From positions 76,674 to 140,673 of the forward strand of contig CAVVFK010000001.1 of NCBI GenBank assembly GCA_963747435.1: a stretch of 64,000 nt of DNA. The letters are read 5' to 3'. Positions 55,757 through 64,000 of this stretch are shown here, piece by piece. This DNA comes from an uncultured Actinomycetota bacterium (lineage in GTDB: Bacteria > Actinomycetota > Actinomycetes > Propionibacteriales > Nocardioidaceae). Numbering within the stretch: position 1 is the first letter of the stretch; every line of letters starts with the position of its first letter. Both the position numbers and the translations under genes were made by a program. Below the pieces are notes generated by a model that saw only the letters and a program-made list of their open reading frames with translations, searched no databases and was not told the DNA's origin.

Positions 55757-55833
55757 CGGTCTTGTGCGCGAGAACCCACGCCGAGACGGTCCGTACGACG
55801 TCGATGTTCGGTCTTGTGCGTGGAAACCCACGC
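55757..55833 (+). repeat. Two direct 25-nt repeats CGGTCTTGTGCG(C/T)G(A/G)(G/A)AACCCACGC
   Basis: The copies at 55757-55781 and 55809-55833 are identical at 22 of 25 positions. The 12-mer CGGTCTTGTGCG also occurs inverted at 55047-55058, just after the upp stop. Confidence 0.75.
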
Positions 55834-55839
55834 GCAGCC

Positions 55840-57243
55840 TCAGAGGGCTTCGACGGACTTGAGCACCTTGCCGAGCATCTCCTTGGCGTCGCCGAAGAGC
55901 AGCGTGGTCTTCTCCTCGAAGAGCAGCTCGTTCTCGATGCCGGCGAAGCCGGGGCGCATCGAGCGCTTCATGAAGACGACCTGACGCGCCTCGTCGGCGT
56001 TGAGGATCGGCATGCCGTAGATCGGTGCCCCGGGGGTGGTCTTGGCTGCCGGGTTCACCACGTCGTTGGCGCCGACGACGAGGACGACGTCGGTCTCCTT
56101 GAAGTCGCTGTTGATGTCGTCCATCTCGACCAGCTGCTCGTAGGGCACCTGGGCCTCGGCGAGCAGCACGTTCATGTGACCCGGCATCCGGCCCGCCACG
56201 GGATGGATGGCGTAGTCGACGCGGGTGCCGCGGGCGACCAGCAGGTCGACCAGCTCACGCAGCGTGTGCTGGGCCTGGGCGACGGCGAGACCGTAGCCCG
56301 GCACGATGATCACGCGGTCGGCGTAGTTGAGCATGATGCCGACGTCCTCGGCGCTCGCGGACCTCACCGGGCGGTCCGAGGCCTCGCCGGCGCCCAGCGT
56401 CGAGCCGCCCTTCAGGGCGCCGAAGAGGATGTTGAGCACCGAGCGACCCATGGCGCGAGCCATGAGCAGGGTGAGGAACGTGCCGGAGGCGCCGACCAGG
56501 GTGCCGCCGACGAGCAGCACCAGGTTGGAGAGCACGTAGCCGCCTGCCGCGACGGTCAGACCGGTGAACGCGTTGAGCAGCGAGATGACGATCGGGACGT
56601 CGGCGCCGCCGACCGGCAGCACCAGCAGCGCGCCGAAGAGCAGGCCCACCACCAGCAGCAGGACCCCGACGAGGATCGAGGGGCCGGTGACGGTCAGGAC
56701 CGAGAGCACCACACCGGTCAGCAGCAGCGCGCCGAAGGCCACCGGGAGCCCCGGGAACACCACCGGGCGTGAGGTCATCAGCTCCTGGAGCTTGGCGAAG
56801 GTCACCGCCGACCCGGCGAAGGAGACCGCCCCGACGAAGATCGTGAACGCCGTCGCGGCGTAGACGAACCAGCCGAACGGGTCGGCCGCAGGACGCAGGC
56901 TCTCCTCGATCTCGAGGATGTGGTGCAGCTCGAGCAGGGCCACGAGAGCCGCAGCACCGCCGCCGACGCCGTTGAACAGCGCCACCATCTGCGGCATCTG
57001 CGTCATCTTGACCCGTCGGGCGCCGACGACACCGGCGACGGTGCCGACCGCGATCGCGAGCAGGATCAGCGCGACGTGCTTGAGCCCGTCGAGGTAGAGG
57101 AAGGGCAGGATGCAGGCGACCGTGGCGGCGCCGGCGCCGATCAGGTTGCCGCCGCGCGCGGTCTTGGGCCCCGAGAGGCCCTTCAGCGCGAGGATGAACC
57201 CGACGGCGCACAGCAGGTAGGTGACTTGGACCCACGTGGGCAT
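55840..57243 (-). CDS. pntB: NAD(P) transhydrogenase subunit beta
   Basis: ATG at 57243 (MPTWVQVTYLLCAVGFILALKGL...). The C-terminal NADP-binding domain contains GYGLAVAQAQH and HPVAGRMPGHMNVLLAEA. Confidence 0.9.
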   Translation of the reverse strand: MPTWVQVTYLLCAVGFILALKGLSGPKTARGGNLIGAGAATVACILPFLYLDGLKHVALILLAIAVGTVAGVVGARRVKMTQMPQMVALFNGVGGGAAALVALLELHHILEIEESLRPAADPFGWFVYAATAFTIFVGAVSFAGSAVTFAKLQELMTSRPVVFPGLPVAFGALLLTGVVLSVLTVTGPSILVGVLLLVVGLLFGALLVLPVGGADVPIVISLLNAFTGLTVAAGGYVLSNLVLLVGGTLVGASGTFLTLLMARAMGRSVLNILFGALKGGSTLGAGEASDRPVRSASAEDVGIMLNYADRVIIVPGYGLAVAQAQHTLRELVDLLVARGTRVDYAIHPVAGRMPGHMNVLLAEAQVPYEQLVEMDDINSDFKETDVVLVVGANDVVNPAAKTTPGAPIYGMPILNADEARQVVFMKRSMRPGFAGIENELLFEEKTTLLFGDAKEMLGKVLKSVEAL

Positions 57244-57557
57244 CAGGCGGCCTTCCGCTCGTTCGCGACCGCGGGCTTCTTCTTGCGGGTGAACATCTGC
57301 AGCATCCGGTCGGTGACCACGAAGCCGCCGACCATGTTGACCGTGGCCAGGACGATCGCCAGCAGGCCCACCGTGGTGGCGAACCAGTTGTCGGTCGTGC
57401 CGGTCGCGATGATCGCGCCCAGCAGGATCACGCCGTGGATGGCGTTGGCTCCCGACATCAGCGGGGTGTGCAGGGTCGAGGACACCTTGGAGATGACCTC
57501 GACGCCGACGAACACGCTGAGCACGAAGATCGTGAGCCAGATGACTCCCTCGCTCAC
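57243..57557 (-). CDS. pntAB: NAD(P) transhydrogenase subunit alpha part 2 (membrane)
   Basis: 104 aa with three TM segments and the motif HTPLMSGANAIHG. GTG start at 57557. Its stop overlaps the pntB ATG by 1 nt. Confidence 0.85.
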   Translation of the reverse strand: MSEGVIWLTIFVLSVFVGVEVISKVSSTLHTPLMSGANAIHGVILLGAIIATGTTDNWFATTVGLLAIVLATVNMVGGFVVTDRMLQMFTRKKKPAVANERKAA

Positions 57558-58894
57558 CGGTCTTCTCCTTCGTCGTGGACGGGCATGGCGACCGTGGGGT
57601 CGGGCTCGGCGGCCTGGTCGTACACCGCGTCGCCCTCGGCCTCCGCGGGAGGCTGCGCGGCCCCCGGAGCCTCAGCAGCCTCAGGAGCCGGGGCGGTCGG
57701 GGTGGTCTGCGCCTCGGCGGGCTCGGGGTCGGGACCCTCGATGGCCTCGCGGCTGGCGGCGTGGTGGATGCGCCCGGCGTGGGTGACGCAGCTGCCGGTG
57801 ACGATCTCGTCGTCGAAGTCGGGCGCGAAGGCCGCCTCGCTGCCCGGGGACCCCGGGTCGTCGGGATCACCGGGGGTCGCGGGCACCGTCATCAGCTGGA
57901 TCAGGTTGACCAGGTTCTGGGCGTAGAGCTTCGAGGCGGGGCCGGGCAGCTGCGAGGCGACGTTGGAGCCACCCCACACCTGCGCCTGACCGATGCGGAC
58001 CACCTCGCCCGGCGCCGAGCCCTCGACGTTGCCGCCGGTCTCGGCGGCGAGGTCGACCACGACCGAGCCGGGCGCCATCGCCTCGACCATGTCGCGGGTG
58101 ACCAGCACGGGCGCCGTGCGGCCGGGCACTGCGGCGGTCGTGATCAGCGCGTCGGCCTGCGCGACGTACGGCGCCAACAGCTCCAGCTGACGCGCCGCGC
58201 GTTCCTGGGTCATCTCGCGGGCGTAGCCGCCACTGCCCTCGAGGGTCTCGAGGTCGAGCTCGATCGCCTCCGCGCCCACCGAGCGGATCTCCTCGGCCGC
58301 GGCGGACCGGACGTCGTAGGCCTTGACGACCGCACCGAGCCGCTTGGCCGTGGCGATCGCCTGCAGACCGGCCACTCCGGCACCCAGGACGACGACCTGC
58401 GCGGGCTGCACGGTGCCGGCCGCGGTCATGTTGAGCGGGAAGAAGCGGCGCAGCATCCCGGCCGCGACGATCGCGCAGCGGTAGCCCGCGACCAGGGCCT
58501 GCGAGGAGAGCGCGTCCATCGACTGCGCCCGGCTGATGCGCGGCACCAGCTCGACCGCGAAGGAGGTGACCTCGCAGTCGCGCAGGTCGGCGATCAGGTC
58601 GTGGGAGTCGTTGACGGGCAGGAAGGAGATCGTGCTCGCCCCGGCCGGCAGCCGTCGCACCGCGGCCCGGTCGAGCGGGTTGACCGAGATCACCACGTCG
58701 GCCTCGGCGTAGGGGTCGGACTCCACCTGGGCGCCGGCCGCGGTGTAGTCGGCGTCGGCGTACTGGGCGGGCTCACCGGCACCGGACTCGACGGCGACGT
58801 CGTAGCCGAGCTTGGTCAGCTTCTCCACGAGCTCGGGGACCATGGCGACGCGCGCCTCGCCCGCTCGGGTCTCCCTGGCGACAGCGATCTTCAC
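57554..58894 (-). CDS. pntAA: NAD(P) transhydrogenase subunit alpha part 1, with Pro/Ala/Glu-rich C-terminal extension
   Basis: The preferred start is the GTG at 58894 (VKIAVARETRAGEARVA...). The Rossmann motif VVVLGAGVAGLQA is present. The last ~75 aa are low complexity. Confidence 0.85.
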   Translation of the reverse strand: MKIAVARETRAGEARVAMVPELVEKLTKLGYDVAVESGAGEPAQYADADYTAAGAQVESDPYAEADVVISVNPLDRAAVRRLPAGASTISFLPVNDSHDLIADLRDCEVTSFAVELVPRISRAQSMDALSSQALVAGYRCAIVAAGMLRRFFPLNMTAAGTVQPAQVVVLGAGVAGLQAIATAKRLGAVVKAYDVRSAAAEEIRSVGAEAIELDLETLEGSGGYAREMTQERAARQLELLAPYVAQADALITTAAVPGRTAPVLVTRDMVEAMAPGSVVVDLAAETGGNVEGSAPGEVVRIGQAQVWGGSNVASQLPGPASKLYAQNLVNLIQLMTVPATPGDPDDPGSPGSEAAFAPDFDDEIVTGSCVTHAGRIHHAASREAIEGPDPEPAEAQTTPTAPAPEAAEAPGAAQPPAEAEGDAVYDQAAEPDPTVAMPVHDEGEDR

Positions 58895-58930
58895 GGCCGT
58901 GACCCTAGTTGATCGCGCCGACTGCACCCA

Positions 58931-58956
58931 ATCGGTGAGACGCGCGTCTCACCGAT
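58931..58956. promoter_or_regulatory. Perfect 26-nt palindrome ATCGGTGAGACGC|GCGTCTCACCGAT
   Basis: It lies between the kinase stop (59005) and the pntAA start (58894). It could be a terminator for the former or an operator for the latter. Confidence 0.5.
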
Positions 58957-59004
58957 GGCCCCAGCCGGACCCCGGCCGGACCCAGTCGGGCCCAGCCGGA
59001 CCGG

Positions 59005-61707
59005 TCAGCTCCAGACCCGTCGCAGCCGCACCCAGAACTCCGCGCCGCCGCCCTGGGGGCTTCGCAGGCCGACGTCGCCACCTTGGGCGGCCATGAACTG
59101 CTTGACGATCGCCAGGCCGATGCCCGTGCCCGGGATCGCGTGGGCAGTGGCCGAGGCGCGGTAGAACCGGTCGAACACCTTCTCCTGCTCCTCCGGCGCG
59201 ATGCCGATGCCGTGGTCGCGCACCGTGAGCTCGACGTTGTCCCCCTGGTTGACCGAGGCGACCTCGATCACGGTGCCCTCGGGTGAGAACTTGGCCGCGT
59301 TGGTGAGCAGGTTCTCCACCACGCGCAGCAGCGTCGCACGGTCGGCGAGCACCAGTGGGCTCCCCACGTCGACCATGACGCTGTGGCGCTCGAGCGCCGC
59401 CATCGTGTTCTGCCGGGCCTCCTCGACGACCACCTTCAGGCTCAACGGCGCGACGTCCACCCGCAGCTGGCCGCGGTCGAGCCGGGAGAAGTCCAGGAGG
59501 TCCTGGATCAGGGTGTCCAGGCGGTCGCCGGCGTGGTGGATCCTGCGCAGCATGTCGCGCTTGCGCTCCTCGGGCGTGCTCTCCCACGAGGTCGAGAGGT
59601 ACTCCGAGAAGCCCTTGATGGCGGTCAGTGGTGTGCGCAGCTCGTGGCTGACCGTCGACATGAAGTCGGTGCGGATCCGGTCGACCTCACGCAGTCGCGC
59701 CCCCGCCTCGCGCTCCCGCTCGGCGGCGAGCGCCTTGGCCTCCTCGACCAGCCGACGTTCGGTGACGTCGCGGATGGCCGCACAGGTCAGGTGCGAGCCG
59801 GAGTCCTCGGGCAGCGGACTCAAGGAGATCTCGATCGCGAACTCCGAACCGTCCTTGCGCAGCCCGGTGAGGTCCTTCTCGGCGCCCATCGGTCGGATGC
59901 TCGCCTGGCTGTTGAAGGTCCGCCGGTGACCGACGTGACGCTCGCGGAACCGCTCGGGCACGAGCATCTCCACCCGCCTCCCCACCAGCTCCTCGCGCCG
60001 GTAGCCGAAGAGGCGCACCATCTGGGCGTTCGCGAACTGGATGGTGCCGTCCTCGGCCACGATGGTCATGGCGTCCGGCGCCGCCTCGGCCACCGCGGCC
60101 ACCCGCTCCTCGGCCCGCTTGCGCTCGGTGATGTCGCGGATGACGGCGACCGCCATCGGCCCGTCGTCGGTCTCGTACGGCGAGGTGCTCACCTCGGCGG
60201 GGAACAGCGACTGGTCGCTACGCCGTGCCCGGGTCTCGACCGGGGCCACGATCCCGCCGTCCGCCACCTGGGTGAGGCCCTGGACCCGCGGCATCCCCAG
60301 CGGCTCGGTGAGCAGCAGGTCGACACCGCGGCCGAGGAGGTCCCCGCGCCGGTAGCCGAAGAGGTCCTCGGTGCGACGGTTGACGAAGGCGATCCTTCCC
60401 TCGCCGTCGATGCCCACGATGGCGTCGGGAGCGGCCTCGAGCAGGCTGCGCATCTGGGCCTCGGCGTGGGTGCGCTCCGAGACGTCGCGGACGGTGGCCA
60501 CGAACCCGATCGAGCCCCGGTCGTCCAGCGGGCTGAACGAGATCTCCACCGGGAACTCGGTGCCGTCGCGCCGCTGGGCGCGCAGCGCGATCCCGCGGCC
60601 ACGCTCCCCGAATCGCTGCGCCGTGGCGTAGGCACGGGCGGACTCGGGGTGGTCGGGCCGGAAGCGCTCGGGAACCAGCATCTCCACCGTCTGTCCCACG
60701 AGCTCCTGGCGGTGGTAGCCGAAGAGCAGCTCGGTCTGGTGGTTGACCAGCTCGATGATCCCGTCGGAGTCGATGACGACCAGGGCGTCGGGGGTCTGCT
60801 CGAGCAGCTTCTCGTGGCGCTCCTCGGCCATCACCTGAGCCGAGATGTCGCGAGCCACCGCCGAGGCCCCGACGACCACCCCGTCGTCGTTGCGGATCGG
60901 ACTGACGCTGAGCGAGACGCGCAGGCGCCTGCCGTCGCGGTGCAGCCGCACGGTGTCGAGCAGCGTGACGCTCTGCCCGCCGGCGACCGTCGCGAGGATC
61001 TCGGTGACCTCGTGCGCGGTCTCCCTCGAGGTCAGCATCGAGATGTGGCGCCCGACCGCCTCCGACTCGTGCCAGCCGTAGAGCGCCTCCGCGCCCTTGT
61101 TCCAGTAGGTGATCTCGCCGTCGAGGGTCTTGCAGATGATCGCGTCGGCAGCACCGTGGACGACGCCGACCAGCAGGGCCTGGTCCACGCCCGCGGCGGG
61201 AAGGGTGGGGGCGGTCTCCATCGGCGCCGAGGGTTGGGCCGGCACCGCCCCCAGGCCGCTGCGCGCCGCCTGACGGACCGCAGTGAGCAGGCGCTCGCCC
61301 TCGAAGGGCTTGGTGATGTAGTCGGTGACCCCCGCCCGCCAGGCGGCGCGCTGGTCCCGCTCGTGGGTGCGCGCGGTGAGCATCACGACCGGGATGTCGC
61401 GGGTCTCGCTCACCGCCCGCAGCCGGCGCAGGACCTCCACGCCATCGAGGTCGGGCAGCATGTAGTCGAGCAGGATCACCGAGGGCTGCTCCTGTCGCGC
61501 CACCTCGACCGCGCGCTCCCCGGTCGTCGCCTCCAGCACCGCGAACCCGGCGGACTGCAGCTGCAGGGAGCACACCAGGGCGATGTCGGGGTCGTCGTCG
61601 ACCACCAGCACGACGTACCGATCCACAGCGACAGCCCCTCGCGCAGCCACGTCCCGTCCCCTTGCCCCTTGCCCCCGGTGGTGACTTCGTCGCGTGGACG
61701 CGGTCAC
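59005..61707 (-). CDS. Hybrid sensor: N-terminal receiver + four PAS domains + HisKA/HATPase_c histidine kinase
   Basis: The receiver domain is YVVLVVDDDPD...LLDYMLPDLDG...TKPF. Repeated PAS blocks follow, ending in DISAQ, DVSERT, DITERKR and DVTERR. The H-box is STVSHELRTPL, with N and G boxes at the C-terminus. The exact start is uncertain. Confidence 0.85.
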   Translation of the reverse strand: MTASTRRSHHRGQGARGRDVAARGAVAVDRYVVLVVDDDPDIALVCSLQLQSAGFAVLEATTGERAVEVARQEQPSVILLDYMLPDLDGVEVLRRLRAVSETRDIPVVMLTARTHERDQRAAWRAGVTDYITKPFEGERLLTAVRQAARSGLGAVPAQPSAPMETAPTLPAAGVDQALLVGVVHGAADAIICKTLDGEITYWNKGAEALYGWHESEAVGRHISMLTSRETAHEVTEILATVAGGQSVTLLDTVRLHRDGRRLRVSLSVSPIRNDDGVVVGASAVARDISAQVMAEERHEKLLEQTPDALVVIDSDGIIELVNHQTELLFGYHRQELVGQTVEMLVPERFRPDHPESARAYATAQRFGERGRGIALRAQRRDGTEFPVEISFSPLDDRGSIGFVATVRDVSERTHAEAQMRSLLEAAPDAIVGIDGEGRIAFVNRRTEDLFGYRRGDLLGRGVDLLLTEPLGMPRVQGLTQVADGGIVAPVETRARRSDQSLFPAEVSTSPYETDDGPMAVAVIRDITERKRAEERVAAVAEAAPDAMTIVAEDGTIQFANAQMVRLFGYRREELVGRRVEMLVPERFRERHVGHRRTFNSQASIRPMGAEKDLTGLRKDGSEFAIEISLSPLPEDSGSHLTCAAIRDVTERRLVEEAKALAAEREREAGARLREVDRIRTDFMSTVSHELRTPLTAIKGFSEYLSTSWESTPEERKRDMLRRIHHAGDRLDTLIQDLLDFSRLDRGQLRVDVAPLSLKVVVEEARQNTMAALERHSVMVDVGSPLVLADRATLLRVVENLLTNAAKFSPEGTVIEVASVNQGDNVELTVRDHGIGIAPEEQEKVFDRFYRASATAHAIPGTGIGLAIVKQFMAAQGGDVGLRSPQGGGAEFWVRLRRVWS

Positions 61708-61843
61708 GTGGACTCAGGGTAAGGCGGACCGAACGTCCTGCACCGCCTGGTTCCGCGGTAGGTGACCTTGTACCCCAATCGGACATCGACCCCGGCGGCG
61801 CCGTCCCGTGGCGGTCGGCTGGCCGGGTCCGACGACTCCGGCG

Positions 61844-62551
61844 TCAGTCGGAGCTGGTCGAGATGGTCAGCGCGAGCCCGGTGAGGTGGGCCAGTCGAGC
61901 GATCTCGGAGGCGAGGATGTCGGGGCCTCCGCGACGGCCGATGACGACGAGCTCGTTCTCGCCCATCGGTGCACCGGCCACGACGTTGTGCGCCAGCTGT
62001 GCCCAGTCCGCGCTCACCTGCAGCAGACCGGCGCGACCCAGCGGGGCCCAGCTCGCCTGCTCATCACCCAGGTCGGGCGCCGCCGTCGTGGCATGGACCT
62101 GCTTGAGCCCGCTCTCGGTGACCCGGAGCCGGGCCGACCAGTCGGCTCGGAACGCCGTGGGGAGGAGGTCGACCAGGTCGTCGCAGGCCGTCGCCGGGCT
62201 CTGGCTGATCTGCTCCACGACCTCCAGGTCGAGGAAGAGGTTCCCACCCGCTGCGTAGCGCGAGATCCACAGCACGTGCACGCCGTCGAGCGAGGTGCAC
62301 GCCGAGACCACGGAGTCGGCCATCGCCCCGGGGGCGAGCTCGAGCAGGACGTCGTCGACCGCGGTGCCGTCGGTGCGGTGCTCCACGATCTCGATCGCCT
62401 CGATGTCGCCTCCGGCCTCGCCGATGGCGTTCGCGACCCGGCCCAGGGATCCGGGGACGTCAGGAAGGGAGACCCGCAGCAGGTACGGCACGCTCCACCT
62501 CTTTCCCGGGATCACCGCACGTCCCCGAGCCACGTCGGGTGTGTGGGACAC
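61844..62551 (-). CDS. ACT domain-containing protein
   Basis: LLRVSLPDVPGSLGRVANAIGEAGGDIEAIEIVE is a classic ACT N-terminus. The start may instead be the internal GTG (VPYLLRV). Confidence 0.7.
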   Translation of the reverse strand: MSHTPDVARGRAVIPGKRWSVPYLLRVSLPDVPGSLGRVANAIGEAGGDIEAIEIVEHRTDGTAVDDVLLELAPGAMADSVVSACTSLDGVHVLWISRYAAGGNLFLDLEVVEQISQSPATACDDLVDLLPTAFRADWSARLRVTESGLKQVHATTAAPDLGDEQASWAPLGRAGLLQVSADWAQLAHNVVAGAPMGENELVVIGRRGGPDILASEIARLAHLTGLALTISTSSD

Positions 62552-62610
62552 CCAGGCCGGATGGGGTCGTGCCGGGGAGCGACATTACCTCGACCGGGCG
62601 CCCCGGGTCA

Positions 62611-63222
62611 TCAAGGCCGGAGGGTGAACCTCTCCTCGACCCGGTAGCGCGGCGTGCCGCGGGGTCCCTGACCGAGCTCGGAGCTGATCAGGGCGAATTC
62701 CGTCACGTGCCACGACGGGGAGGCGAAGGTGTCGAGCACCTCCAGCCAGCGCGCGACGTCGTCGGGGCGGCGCAGCCGGGCCAGGGTCACGTGCGGCGTG
62801 AACCGTCCGCCCTGGACCCTCACCCCGGCCCTGCCGGCCGCTGCGCGGGCGCCCGTCGCGAGCCGGCGCAGCTCCTCGGTGTCCGCCGGCTGCGCCTGGA
62901 CGCGCCCGTAGAGCACCCTCGCGTCGGCGGCACCAGGGAACGCGCCTCCTCCCGCGAGCCGCAGCTCGACGGGCCGGCGGCGCCGCCCGGCTCGGACCAG
63001 TCGCTCGACGAGGTCGTCGAGGACACGGTCGGAGACCTCGGGCATGAAGCCGAGAGTGAGGTGCCAGGCCTCCGGGCGGACCCACCGCAGCGGCGTGCGC
63101 GCCCGTGCGGCGTGCCGCGCACCGGGCAGGGGTGGTCCCCCGGCGTCACGGCGAGGCTCGAGGAACTCCTCCATCGCCTCCACGACCGGGGGCGGCGGGA
63201 TCACCGCGGTGAACATCCGCAT
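62611..63222 (-). CDS. thpR: RNA 2',3'-cyclic phosphodiesterase (2H phosphoesterase)
   Basis: Two HxT motifs are present: WHLTLGF and PHVTLAR. Confidence 0.8.
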   Translation of the reverse strand: MRMFTAVIPPPPVVEAMEEFLEPRRDAGGPPLPGARHAARARTPLRWVRPEAWHLTLGFMPEVSDRVLDDLVERLVRAGRRRRPVELRLAGGGAFPGAADARVLYGRVQAQPADTEELRRLATGARAAAGRAGVRVQGGRFTPHVTLARLRRPDDVARWLEVLDTFASPSWHVTEFALISSELGQGPRGTPRYRVEERFTLRP

Positions 63223-63231
63223 GGGACGCCC

Positions 63232-64000
63232 TCAGAGGATCTCGCCAGGCGCGTAGGTCGCGGCCTCCGGGTGGCGCGCCGCCACCTGCTCCACCCGACG
63301 CGCCACCTCGCGGACCTGGGCGCGCGCGGCACCGGTGAACTCGATCGGCTCGGCGACCAGCTCCTCGAGCTGGTCGCGAGTCAGGCCGAGCCGCTCGTCG
63401 GCGGCCAGCCGGTCGAAGAGGTCGTTGACACCCTGGCCCCGGCGCATGTCGAGCGCGACGGCGACGGCCGCCTGCTTGATCGCCTCGTGCGCGGTCTCCC
63501 GCCCCACGCCGCGGCGCACCGCTGCCATGAGCACCTTGGTCGTCGCGAGGAACGGCAGATAGCGCTCCAGCTCGCGTTCGATCACCGCTGGGAAGGCGCC
63601 GAACTCGTCGAGCACCGTGAGGAAGGTCTGGAACAGGCCGTCGGCGGCGAAGCAGGCGTCGGGCAACGCCACCCGACGGACCACGGAGCAGGAGACGTCG
63701 CCCTCGTTCCACTGGTCGCCGGCGAGCTCGCTGACCATCGACAGGTGCCCCCGCAGGATGACGGCCAGCCCGTTGACGCGTTCACAGGACCGGGTGTTCA
63801 TCTTGTGAGGCATCGCGCTGGAGCCGACCTGCCCCTCCTTGAAGCCCTCCGTCACCAGCTCGTTCCCGGCCATCAGCCGCACGGTCGTGGCCAGGCTGGA
63901 GGGGCCGGAGACCAGCTGCACCATGGTCGAGAGCACCTCGAAGTCGAGGGAGCGCGGGTAGACCTGGCCCACGCTGGAGAGCACCCGCGTGAACCCGAGG
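63232..64000 (-). CDS. purB: Adenylosuccinate lyase, C-terminal part (5' end outside the window)
   Basis: GSSAMPHKMNTRSCER is the signature loop. The ORF continues to the window edge. Confidence 0.85.
   Translation of the reverse strand, partial: LGFTRVLSSVGQVYPRSLDFEVLSTMVQLVSGPSSLATTVRLMAGNELVTEGFKEGQVGSSAMPHKMNTRSCERVNGLAVILRGHLSMVSELAGDQWNEGDVSCSVVRRVALPDACFAADGLFQTFLTVLDEFGAFPAVIERELERYLPFLATTKVLMAAVRRGVGRETAHEAIKQAAVAVALDMRRGQGVNDLFDRLAADERLGLTRDQLEELVAEPIEFTGAARAQVREVARRVEQVAARHPEAATYAPGEIL

Noticed and set aside
18782-58910. CTAG/ACTAG tetramers clustering in intergenic regions (18782, 34856, 45413, 51626, 51664, 53250, 58905) as a possible motif.
   Set aside because: CTAG is generally depleted in coding DNA, and these regions are relatively AT-rich. 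The flanks share no extended consensus.

Overview
High-GC actinobacterial chromosomal window. The GC bias, lipoboxes, an LPXTG protein and mycobacteria-like lipid clusters suggest a Nocardioides-like actinomycete, but the taxon is inference only. I call about 60 protein genes, 1 tRNA and 1 frameshifted pseudogene. I found no rRNA, CRISPR array, transposase, integrase or phage genes.

Gene content is mostly acyl-CoA and lipid metabolism:
- An Atu/Liu-like operon, TetR / DinB-like / AtuA-like / acyl-CoA dehydrogenase / carboxyltransferase / biotin carboxylase (1-8326, minus strand).
- A DesA3-type desaturase with its reductase and a divergent TetR.
- fadA-fadB, an alpha-methylacyl-CoA racemase, and PadR with fadH.
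- A glpD / TetR / AGPS-like flavoenzyme / DAG-kinase cluster.

Other genes include an ECF sigma/anti-sigma pair, two sensor kinases, an amino-acid ABC operon with a broken ATPase, arcA, pntAA-AB-B, tadA, upp, thpR and a partial purB.

Many long ORFs in the supplied track are antisense or out-of-frame GC shadows with Arg/Pro/Gly-rich translations. True starts are often internal GTG or ATG codons that overlap the upstream stop (ATGA/GTGA).

The signals I consider most worth a second look are not ordinary genes:
1. A ~125-150 nt hairpin element with an invariant ~50-nt apical core (mRNA sense GCUCCUUCGUCGCU, an anti-Shine-Dalgarno-like loop) and co-varying stems. It is present three times, always in minus-strand transcripts, and one copy sits in-frame inside the AtuA-like ORF.
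2. A second 60-nt hairpin repeat that brackets a small membrane-protein gene.
3. A 94-nt nested perfect palindrome inside an SDR / kinase / phosphatase / SDR operon.
4. Three tandem paralogous Cys4 acidic lipoproteins.
5. A 470-nt structured, partly AT-rich leader in front of an LPXTG protein that carries 99-nt perfect internal duplications.
6. A shared 24-nt operator upstream of fadAB and mcr.

I could not run any searches. Whether these are novel must be tested by genome-wide and database searches.
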